Source: a bacterium
GTDB taxonomy: Bacteria; SAR324; JACQKK01
NCBI GenBank assembly: GCA_041477795.1
Contig: JBGOUY010000003.1
Span: 1 to 35,922, forward strand
DNA: 35,922 bases
Direction: 5' to 3'
The notes beneath the pieces were generated by a model, which had not been told where the DNA came from, did not search any database, and was given only the letters and a program-made list of their open reading frames with translations. Shown here one piece after another: positions 28,511 through 35,922 of this stretch (the stretch's first letter is position 1; each line of letters starts with the position of its first letter). The translations under genes were made by a program, and so were the position numbers.

Positions 28511-29491
28511 CTAGTCGCTGGCGGCCTTGACTGCGCCGGCCACGGCCTTGCGGCTGCGGGGATCGTAGAGCCCGAGCGAGCTATCGTAAGCGGCCAGCTT
28601 TTCCGGCGGGAGGTACTTGCGCTCCCATTCGGTCACCTTGGAGAACCCTGTCAGGTCGAAGATGCCGAAGCCGCCCATGGGGTGGTTGCGCGTGCGCGCC
28701 AGCAGCTCGGTGTTGGCGATCTGCCCCCGCTTCTTGTAGTCCATCAGGAAGTCGTACTGGGCCACCGAGCCCGCCGTGGCCGCGAAGGCCAGCGTCAGGC
28801 ACAGCCCGTACTCGCGGTGCTCCTCGTCGGTGAGCGGCGGATCGATCGCGATCGCCGTGGCCATCAGGAGCTCATTGGGGAAGGCCTCGCGCACGGTGCG
28901 CAGCTCCGCGCGGTTCTGCAGCGCTTCCACGTAGAGCACGTCGACCCCGGCCGCCCGGTAGGCGCGGCTACGGCGGATCGCCTCCTCCAGGCTCCCGCCC
29001 ACGGCCCCACGGGCATCGGTGCGGGAGACGAGCACGAAGTCCGGGTCCATCTCGTTGCGGACGTCCGAGGCTGCGCGGTACTTGCCGACGGCCTCTTCGA
29101 GGGAAATCAGTTCCTTGCCTTTCACGAAGCCGCAGCGCTTCGGGGCCACCTGATCCTCGATGAAGCAGCCCGCCGCGCCGGCGCGAATGAGCTGCTCGAT
29201 CGTGCGGCGCACGTTGATGGCGTTGCCGTGTCCGGTATCGGCATCCACGAACACCGGGATGTTCACGGCCCGGCAGATGCGCTGGGTGTTCTCCACCAGC
29301 TCGGTGAGCGTGAGAAACCCCGAATCGGGCATTCCGAGGATGTGCGCGCTGGTCAATGCGCCGGAGATTGCAATCGCCTTGAAGCCGGCCAACTGCGCCA
29401 GTTGGGCTTGGTGGGCCGTGCCGACGGCAATCACGTCCAGCAGCTCGGGCGCCTTCAGCAACCGCCGGAAGACGGTACTTTGCTTTTCCAT
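28511..29491 (-). CDS. Isocitrate lyase/PEP mutase superfamily C-C lyase, paralog 3
   Basis: LGMPDSG, VDADTGHG, IEDQVAPKRCGF, SRTDAR. Start MEKQST. Confidence 0.88.
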   Translation of the reverse strand: MEKQSTVFRRLLKAPELLDVIAVGTAHQAQLAQLAGFKAIAISGALTSAHILGMPDSGFLTLTELVENTQRICRAVNIPVFVDADTGHGNAINVRRTIEQLIRAGAAGCFIEDQVAPKRCGFVKGKELISLEEAVGKYRAASDVRNEMDPDFVLVSRTDARGAVGGSLEEAIRRSRAYRAAGVDVLYVEALQNRAELRTVREAFPNELLMATAIAIDPPLTDEEHREYGLCLTLAFAATAGSVAQYDFLMDYKKRGQIANTELLARTRNHPMGGFGIFDLTGFSKVTEWERKYLPPEKLAAYDSSLGLYDPRSRKAVAGAVKAASD

Positions 29492-29976
29492 GGAAGCCTC
29501 GCAGGCAAGCGATCCGCGTCCAGATAGCCGTACAGGGGCCAGGGCAGCCGGGCCTGTCGCGGTGCTGGCGTGGGCACCCAATCAGCCCTCGCGGATTCCG
29601 CACAGCAACCGACTCCTGCTCCCTCAAGCCGTCGGTCTACCGTGCTTTGCCGAGCCGAGGACGGTCTGGGTCTGGTGAGGGCCCACCACGCTAACCTGGG
29701 GCTTCCCCGCTTGTCAAAGCGCAGCCGGCGGGCGCTTACGGCCGCGCGGCGCGGCGCGGACAGCGGCCAACGCACAGGCTGGATCGGGCGCGCACGGGCA
29801 GTGCAGCCGGCAGAGCGGTCGCTTGCCGTCTGAGAGCCCCGGGCGCACGATGGCCGTCTTGGGGGCGGCGCTTTGCGCTTGCCCCCTTCGGTGAGTCGGG
29901 GCGTCCACGCGCTCCCGGCGGGGCATCGGCCCGGCCCCGCCGCACGCAGCAACCCGGCAGAAGAGGAGGGTGAACG

Positions 29977-31227
29977 ATGGGCATGACCATGATCGAGAAG
30001 ATTCTGGCCCGTTCCGCGGGCGTGTCCAAAGTCTCACCGGGCGAGGTGGTTACGGTGGACGTAGAAACCGCCGTCGTGATCGACCTGAATTTCCTGCCGC
30101 ACGACTGGCGCGAGCCCAAGAAGGTCTGGAGCCCGGACAAGTGCGTCGTGATCTTCGACCACATCGCACCGGCCAGCGACGAGCGCTCGGCAATCCTGCA
30201 CACCACCGGTCGCGACTTCGTGCGCAATCAGAAGATCAAGCGCTTTCATGACGTGGGCCCGGATCAGGGCATTGCCCATCAGCTGGTGGCCGACTTCGGC
30301 TATGCTCTGCCTGGCACGGTGCTGGTGTGCGTGGATTCCCACACGTGCAGCGGGGGCGCGTTCAATTGCGCCGCGCGCGGCATTGGGGGCCCGGAACTGA
30401 TCTACGTGCTGGCCACGGGCAAGACCTGGTTCCAAGTTGGCACCACGGTGCGTTACGAGTTCCACGGCGCACTGCCACCCGTGCTCAACTCCAAGGACCT
30501 CATCATCCACATCGCGAACGTCTACGGCGACCACGCCACGCAGAACGTGGAGTACGCTGGCCCTGGCGTGGCCAACATGAGCCTCAACGCGCGACGCACC
30601 CTCAGCACCATGTCCGCCGAGATCAGCGCGGAATTCGCCACGTTCGAGGCGGACGAGCTGTGCCAGGAGTACCTGCGCTCGCGCACGGATCGGCCCTTTG
30701 AGCCGCAGTTCCCCGATCCGGACGCCAGCTACGACGACGTGCGCACGATCGACCTGAGCGCGCTGGAGCCGCTGGTGGCCTACCCGGATACGATCGTCAA
30801 GAACGGACGGCCCGTGCGCGAAGCGGCTGGCGAACGCGTGGATCAGGCCTTCATCGGATCCTGCGCCAACGGCACCCTGGACGACCTGGAGGTGGCGGCC
30901 CGGATCGTGAAGGGCCGGCGCGTGGACTCCCGCGTGCGCTTCATCGTGACGCCCGGCTCGCAGGCGATCTACCGCGAGGCCCTGCGCCGCGGTTACATAG
31001 CCGACCTGATGGAGGCCGGGGCCGTCGTCACCGCCTCCACCTGCGGGGCCTGTGCGGGCCTGAGCGCGGGGGCGCTGGCGCCCGGCGAGCGCTGCATCAC
31101 GGCCAGCACCCGCAACTACAAGGGCCGCATGGGCAGCCAGGAAGCCGAGATTTTCCTCGCTTCGCCGGCCACCGTGGCGGCCACGGCCCTGCGAGGCACC
31201 ATCACCGATCCGCGGGAATTCATCTGA
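29977..31227 (+). CDS. Aconitase/3-isopropylmalate dehydratase-like large subunit (third copy)
   Basis: MGMTMIEKILA, FDH, DSHTCSGGA, IGSCANG, CGAC, TRNYKGRMG; GAGGAGG RBS. Confidence 0.9.
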   Translation: MGMTMIEKILARSAGVSKVSPGEVVTVDVETAVVIDLNFLPHDWREPKKVWSPDKCVVIFDHIAPASDERSAILHTTGRDFVRNQKIKRFHDVGPDQGIAHQLVADFGYALPGTVLVCVDSHTCSGGAFNCAARGIGGPELIYVLATGKTWFQVGTTVRYEFHGALPPVLNSKDLIIHIANVYGDHATQNVEYAGPGVANMSLNARRTLSTMSAEISAEFATFEADELCQEYLRSRTDRPFEPQFPDPDASYDDVRTIDLSALEPLVAYPDTIVKNGRPVREAAGERVDQAFIGSCANGTLDDLEVAARIVKGRRVDSRVRFIVTPGSQAIYREALRRGYIADLMEAGAVVTASTCGACAGLSAGALAPGERCITASTRNYKGRMGSQEAEIFLASPATVAATALRGTITDPREFI

Positions 31228-31244
31228 TCAGCGGGGAGCCGACC

Positions 31245-31781
31245 ATGAAGCTGAAAGGCAAGACCTGGAAGTTCGGTAACGACATCAATACCGATCTGCT
31301 GCTGCCCGTGCCGGTGGTGTTCATGCCGGCCGAGGAGCAGGCCAAGCACGTCATGGAAGCCAACCGGCCCGGCTGGGTGCAGCAGGTGCGGCCGGGGGAC
31401 GTCATTGTCGCCGGCCGGAACTTCGGCATGGGCTCCGGCCGGCCGGCCTCCCGCGCCGTGAAGGGCACCGGCATTGTCTGCGTGCTGGCGGAATCCATCA
31501 ACGGACTGTGCTTCCGCAACAGCGTCAACTTCGGGTTGTGGGCGATGGAAGTGCCCGGCGTGCACGCGGCCTTCGAGGAAGGGGACATTGCCGAAGTGGA
31601 CTTCGAGGCGTTCACGGTGCGAAATGCCCGCAGCAAGAAGGTGCTCAAGGGGCGCCCGTTCCCCCAGAACCTGCGGGACATCCTGGCGGCCGGCGGCATC
31701 ATCCCGATGCTGGATGCGCAGGGTCTGCTGCTGCCCAAGCTGCCGCCGCGCGGGGCGGCTCCGCGCGCCACGGGGCGCTGA
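31245..31781 (+). CDS. 3-isopropylmalate dehydratase-like small subunit (third copy)
   Basis: GKTWKFGNDINTD, GRNFGMGSGRPA, AESIN..CFRN, AAGGII. Confidence 0.87.
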   Translation: MKLKGKTWKFGNDINTDLLLPVPVVFMPAEEQAKHVMEANRPGWVQQVRPGDVIVAGRNFGMGSGRPASRAVKGTGIVCVLAESINGLCFRNSVNFGLWAMEVPGVHAAFEEGDIAEVDFEAFTVRNARSKKVLKGRPFPQNLRDILAAGGIIPMLDAQGLLLPKLPPRGAAPRATGR

Positions 31782-31854
31782 GCCCGGGCGGGTGCGGCGC
31801 AGGCGCGGCTGGGTTCTTGTTTTAGGATTACCCTGGGATTATCACCGCCGGGCG

Positions 31855-32235
31855 TCAGCGTGTAGCGGCCCGTCTTGTGTGCCGCTCGGCCTGCGGTAGG
31901 TGCGCGCGACTGCGGCTGCCAGCGGTGGTGCCCGCATTGATAGCCTCAATCGTAAAGCGAAGGCCGACGCTGCGCAGCACCTTTTTAAGCGTGTCCATGC
32001 GGGGGCTGCTCTTGCCGCCTAGCATCTTGTGCAGATTGGCCCGGTTGAGTCCTGTCTCGCGAGAAAGTGCGGAAAGGCTCCCGTGAACATCGAGAACATC
32101 TTTCAGCGCAATGAGAAATGCGGCGCTGTCGCCATCCTCAGCGGCGGCGTTCAGGTATTCGGCGGCGCGGCTTGGGTCCCGAATGAAATCCTGGACATAT
32201 TCCTGAAACTCGCGGCCTTGGCGTGGATTCTTCAT
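31855..32235 (-). CDS. Addiction-module antidote protein (Xre-type HTH, HI1420/HigA-like)
   Basis: AAEYLNAAAEDGDSAAFLIALKDV..GSLSALSRETGLNRANLHKML...SPRMDTL.KVL; ATGA overlap with the toxin gene. Confidence 0.87.
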   Translation of the reverse strand: MKNPRQGREFQEYVQDFIRDPSRAAEYLNAAAEDGDSAAFLIALKDVLDVHGSLSALSRETGLNRANLHKMLGGKSSPRMDTLKKVLRSVGLRFTIEAINAGTTAGSRSRAHLPQAERHTRRAATR

Positions 32236-32564
32236 CTTGCCTCCTTGTACAGCTCCCAGTAGCGTTTCGCAGTTTCTATGTCCTTATCCTGTGAGGACTT
32301 GACGCCACCACACAACAAAACAACGACTGACCGCCCGTCCCGCCCAAAATAGACGCGGTAGCCGGGGCCGTGGTCAATTTTCAATTCAAAAACCCCGCCT
32401 CCAACCGGTTCGCAAGCGCCAAAGTTCCCAGCGCGAAGGCGATTTAAGCGCGCTAGAATTAGTGCCTGCGCCCTGCGGTCGGCCAACTTCAAATGCCATA
32501 CCGAAAAGGGCTCACGGCCTCGTCCATCCCGGTAATTGACTAATCGCCGCTCTGACGCCGCCAT
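32232..32564 (-). CDS. RelE/ParE-superfamily toxin (HI1419/HigB-like addiction-module killer)
   Basis: GREPF..W, RLNRLRAGNFG..EPVGGGVFELKIDHGPGYRVYFG, LLCGG.KSSQ.KDI..AK.YW. Confidence 0.9.
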   Translation of the reverse strand: MAASERRLVNYRDGRGREPFSVWHLKLADRRAQALILARLNRLRAGNFGACEPVGGGVFELKIDHGPGYRVYFGRDGRSVVVLLCGGVKSSQDKDIETAKRYWELYKEAR

Positions 32565-32569
32565 ATTCT

Positions 32570-32597
32570 ATTGTATGCTATAACATACAGCCGTCAA
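32570..32597 (-). promoter_or_regulatory. Sigma70-type promoter with embedded operator palindrome for the TA operon
   Basis: Minus strand TTGACG-16 nt-TACAAT-5 nt-ATG; near-perfect palindrome TGTATGCTATAACATACA (32572-32589, 16/18). Confidence 0.7.
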
Positions 32598-32612
32598 GGG
32601 AAAACCAGGGGA

Positions 32613-32625
32613 AATCAACCAATTA
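32613..32625 (+). promoter_or_regulatory. IHF-binding consensus site
   Basis: AATCAACCAATTA matches WATCAANNNNTTR. Confidence 0.4.
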
Positions 32626-32781
32626 CATAGGGGGAACCACAGCGGAACCAAGGGCGTGAAGGGTCAGGTTGTTCGCCTTCCGCTTGCGCACCATGTCGTA
32701 ATCAGCCGGCGCCGTGGCGGGCTTGTGCCCCCGTCCGCCGCCGCACAGCGCCTCCGGCAGCGCCCCGCGCGGAGGGAGCGA

Positions 32782-34527
32782 TCAAGTCCGCGCGGGGATG
32801 ACCGGCAGCAGCAGGTGCGAGGGATGCTCCGGCCCCACGTGCAGCGTCGTCCGCCCGCCCAGCATCGCCGCGGGGCGATCGCGCGGATCGTCATGCAGGA
32901 ACGGCCCGCAGCCGCGCAGCTCGTTCTTGAAGTTCGAGAGCCGCAGGCCGGTCGCCGTCCCCCACTCGTAGTCGCGCCCGCGCACCGTCAGCGCCAGCCG
33001 GTGGCCGGGCGGCGCCACGATCGAGGTCGGCCAGATCTCCACGTCGACCGCCACGATTTCCCCCGGCGTGAGCGGCTGCGGCGCATCGTGCGTGTGGTAG
33101 GGCCGGTACTCCGTGGACAGCTTGGGATCGAGCCTGCGCTGGGAGACGCGCAGCCAGCCTTGCGCGATGGGCGTGTGCGGATCGATCGCGCCCATGAACA
33201 CCACCTCCCGCAGGTCCGGCGTGAAGAGCCGCACCACCAGGAACAGGTCCGCGTCGCGGGTGGAGGACGAGACGAATAGCCGCGCCGCGAGCGGCCCCGT
33301 GATCTCGGTTTCCCGCTCCAGCGGACGGGACACGAACGTCACGCCGTCGCCGGCGACATCGTAGGAGACGCTGCCAGCCTTGCGGGCCGGCGAGAGCCCC
33401 AGGCTGCCGTCGGCCGTGTCGAGATGCCAGCGGGTCCACTGCGTGCGCGCGAGCGGCCATTCGGTCTCGCCCCGTGCGACGAAGCCGTCCAGGTGTCGCA
33501 CCTGCAGCAGCACGCGGGGCTGCTCGTCCCAGCCGTTGGCGCTGCCTTTCAGGAAATGGTCGAAGAACCGCTTCTGCAGGCCCAGCCCGTAGTCCGTGTA
33601 GAAGTGCGTCCAGTGCTCCAGTCCGTGCGCTTCGAGCCACTTCTGACGGGAGGCGGCGCGCGTGAAGCCCTCGAAGTTGCCCCGCGGGTGCAGCCCCTGC
33701 CCGCCCCAGTTCGCGGCGGACAGCAGCGGCACGGTGATGCGCTCCCAGTCCGGCGAGCGTTGCCGGTGGTACGCGTCGTCGAGCGGATGGGCCAGAATCT
33801 CGTCGCCGAAGTCGCAGCGGTTCCGCTGCAGCGTCCGTTCCGGCAGCGTCTCGTCGCCGCAGACCAGCGCGCCTGTGACCCGGCTGCGCGGCCCGCGTTC
33901 GCCGAGGCCGTATTGCACCGTCTTCACCTGCATGTCGAACCAGTTCGCCCAGAACGTGCAGAGGATGCCGCCGTGGTGCGTCATGTCCCGGTACCAGTCG
34001 GCCGCGCCCTCCCAGACGCAGATCGCCGCCAGGTGCGGGGGTTGCAACGAGGCCACGTGCCACTGGTTGATGGCATAGTACGAGATGCCGTTCAGCCCCA
34101 CCTTGCCGTTGCACCAGGGCTGCACCGCCGCCCACTCGATGCACGCATAGAAGTCCCTCGTTTCGCGCGGACTGAAGGGGTCCACCACGCCCGGCGACCG
34201 GCCCGCGCCGCGGGAATCGACCCGCACGCAGACGTACCCGTCCGGCACCCATTTCTCCGGGTCCACGGCCTCCCAGTTCTGATAGCGGTTGCTGGAGCCG
34301 TGGGCGACGTCCGGATGTTCGGCCACCATGCGCTGCCAAGCGCTCGGATAGCCGTCCTGGAAGGCCAGCCCCTTGGCGTAAGGGCCGTAGGAGAGGAGCA
34401 CCGGGGAATGGCCCTGGCCGGCCGGCCGGAACACGTCCGCGCGCAGCACCAGTCCGTCGTCCATCCGGATCGGCACGTCCCACTCCATTGCCATCTCGTG
34501 CCGCCTGTCGCGCTCGCGAGCTTGCAT
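32782..34527 (-). CDS. CocE/NonD family serine hydrolase (peptidase S15)
   Basis: DVPIRMDDG..LRADVFRP, GPYAK, VRVDSRGAGRSPG, QPWCNGKVG..GISYYA nucleophile elbow, C-terminal EITGP/GWLRVS; AAGGAG RBS. Confidence 0.92.
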   Translation of the reverse strand: MQARERDRRHEMAMEWDVPIRMDDGLVLRADVFRPAGQGHSPVLLSYGPYAKGLAFQDGYPSAWQRMVAEHPDVAHGSSNRYQNWEAVDPEKWVPDGYVCVRVDSRGAGRSPGVVDPFSPRETRDFYACIEWAAVQPWCNGKVGLNGISYYAINQWHVASLQPPHLAAICVWEGAADWYRDMTHHGGILCTFWANWFDMQVKTVQYGLGERGPRSRVTGALVCGDETLPERTLQRNRCDFGDEILAHPLDDAYHRQRSPDWERITVPLLSAANWGGQGLHPRGNFEGFTRAASRQKWLEAHGLEHWTHFYTDYGLGLQKRFFDHFLKGSANGWDEQPRVLLQVRHLDGFVARGETEWPLARTQWTRWHLDTADGSLGLSPARKAGSVSYDVAGDGVTFVSRPLERETEITGPLAARLFVSSSTRDADLFLVVRLFTPDLREVVFMGAIDPHTPIAQGWLRVSQRRLDPKLSTEYRPYHTHDAPQPLTPGEIVAVDVEIWPTSIVAPPGHRLALTVRGRDYEWGTATGLRLSNFKNELRGCGPFLHDDPRDRPAAMLGGRTTLHVGPEHPSHLLLPVIPART

Positions 34528-34652
34528 GGGGCTCCTTCGGGAGTGAACGTCGCGCCTCGGCGCCGTCCTCACTTCGCAATGGCCGGCTCGGCAGCCGGCA
34601 TCCTCAGCGGCTTCAGGCCGCCATCCCGCATGCAGCGCCGGCAGCGCCGCCC

Positions 34653-35354
34653 TCACAGGCCGAGATACTGGGACTTGACCGCCTCATTGGCGATCAGCTC
34701 CGCCGGCGTGGAGGAATGCACGACCTTGCCTTTGCTCATGATCAGGACGTGGTCCACCAGCCGCAGGGCCACGGTTGCGTTCTGCTCCACCAACAGGATC
34801 GCCAGGCCGTCGTGCTTGAGCCGGCGAATCACCTCCTGCACTTGGCCGATGATGAGGGGCCCCAGGCCCTCCGTGGGTTCGTCCATGATGAGACAGTGCG
34901 GGTTGGTCATCAGGCCGCGGGCGATGGCCAGCATCTGCTGCTCGCCGCCGGAGAGGGTGCGGGCCCGCTGACGGCGCCGCTCGCGCAGGCGCTCGAACAG
35001 ATCGAACACGCGCTCGATGCTCCAGCCGCGCCGGCCACCGCCCCGTTCGGCCACTCTCAGGTTTTCCTCCACTGAAAGCGAACCGAACAGCCGGCGGCCC
35101 TGGGGCACCAGGCCGATGCCCCGCCGCACGATTTCGAACGACTGGGCGCGGGTGATGTCCTCGCCATTGAACCGCACACGCCCAAAGCGCGGCGGATTGA
35201 AGCCCAGCACGGAACTTACCAGCGTGGTCTTGCCGACGCCGTTGCGCCCCAGCACGCCCAGGATCTGCCCCGCCTCCAGTTGCAGCGAGAGCCCCTGCAG
35301 CACGTGGGAGTCCCCATAGTACGTGTGGATGTCTTCGACTTCGAGCATCGGCAT
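34653..35354 (-). CDS. ABC ATP-binding protein (LivF-like)
   Basis: MLEVEDIHTYYG.SHVL, GRNGVGKTT, VPQGRRLF, LSGGEQQMLAIAR, MDEPTEGL, VEQN. Confidence 0.9.
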   Translation of the reverse strand: MPMLEVEDIHTYYGDSHVLQGLSLQLEAGQILGVLGRNGVGKTTLVSSVLGFNPPRFGRVRFNGEDITRAQSFEIVRRGIGLVPQGRRLFGSLSVEENLRVAERGGGRRGWSIERVFDLFERLRERRRQRARTLSGGEQQMLAIARGLMTNPHCLIMDEPTEGLGPLIIGQVQEVIRRLKHDGLAILLVEQNATVALRLVDHVLIMSKGKVVHSSTPAELIANEAVKSQYLGL

Positions 35355-35454
35355 TTCAGGCCGCATCGGGCTGGAGGACGCGCACGCGGTGGCCGTGACC
35401 GAACGGCCTCGGGGGCCCAGTGTCAGTGACCCGGACCCATTGGCCCGACCGGCT

Positions 35455-35922
35455 TCAGGCGCGCCACCGCACGACGCCCGCGACCCCGTCCACGGCCACC
35501 TGGGCGCCATCGGGAATGCGTTGCGTGGCGTGCAGCACGCCCAGCACCATGGGTATGCCCCGCTCGCGCGCGAGCGAAGCCAGGTGCGACGTGCTCCCGC
35601 CCAGCTCCGCCACCACCCCCGCCACGCGGGAGAGCATCGGACTCAGCTCCGGTCCGGCAACCCGCGTCACCAGCACGTCGCCCGGCGCGACGCGGGCCAG
35701 CTCGCATTCGCAATTCACCACGCACGCGCGCCCCGTGCCCCAGCCGCTGCCCGCCGGCTGGCCCCGCAGTCCCGGTTCGCGCGAGGCGGATCGGCGGGAG
35801 TCTGCGGCTAAGCCATTCGCCGGGGCGTTGCCGGACGCCGCGGCTTCACCGCTCCCTTCACCATGACCGTGCTCCGCGGCGGCATGTTGCACGGCGGCGG
35901 CAAGGTTCAACGCGGAGGCGCC
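35455..35922 (-). CDS. Protein ending in a PEP-utiliser mobile (swivelling phospho-His) domain; 5' end beyond window
   Basis: GDVLVT...AGVVAELGGSTSHLASLARERGIPMV...VAVDG..GVV; the frame stays open to the right edge. Confidence 0.82.
   Translation of the reverse strand, partial: GASALNLAAAVQHAAAEHGHGEGSGEAAASGNAPANGLAADSRRSASREPGLRGQPAGSGWGTGRACVVNCECELARVAPGDVLVTRVAGPELSPMLSRVAGVVAELGGSTSHLASLARERGIPMVLGVLHATQRIPDGAQVAVDGVAGVVRWRA

Noticed and set aside
15658-29491. PEP mutase / phosphonate biosynthesis cluster
   Set aside because: The PepM signature EDKxxxxxNS is absent (EDQxxPKRCG is the lyase branch), and there is no phosphonopyruvate decarboxylase or similar gene.
32571-32590. LexA SOS box or loxP-like site
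   Set aside because: Spacing does not fit CTGT-N8-ACAG and the loxP arms are absent. An antitoxin operator is the simpler explanation.

Overview
GC-rich bacterial accessory region in five parts. (1) Left edge (1-640): the first 46 codons of a type I-E-like cas3 (minus strand, runs off the window, absent from the ORF track), next to the 3' half of a tRNA-Lys(TTT) with a terminator, an IHF box and short tandem repeats. This looks like the attachment end of a tRNA-integrated island carrying CRISPR-Cas. (2) 0.9-8.8 kb: a Tat-signal aldo/keto reductase, an NTT/AAA-type MFS transporter, and a stand-alone GAF protein leading a Liv-type ABC operon. (3) 8.9-10.1 kb: a complete IS630 element and an IS3 remnant. 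(4) 10.4-31.8 kb: a large putative catabolic cluster with three ICL/PEP-mutase-superfamily lyases sharing an unusual KRCGF loop, three complete LeuC/LeuD-type Fe-S hydratase pairs plus a decayed fourth large subunit, an FAD oxidoreductase, a sugar-type ABC importer with no ATPase, and an Opp/Dpp importer whose binding protein appears circularly permuted and whose oppF lies on the opposite strand. (5) 31.8-35.9 kb: a RelE/HigB-type toxin-antitoxin pair, a CocE/NonD hydrolase, a lone LivF ATPase and a truncated PEP-utiliser phospho-His domain gene. All calls come from reading motifs by eye; no searches were run, and start codons are best estimates.
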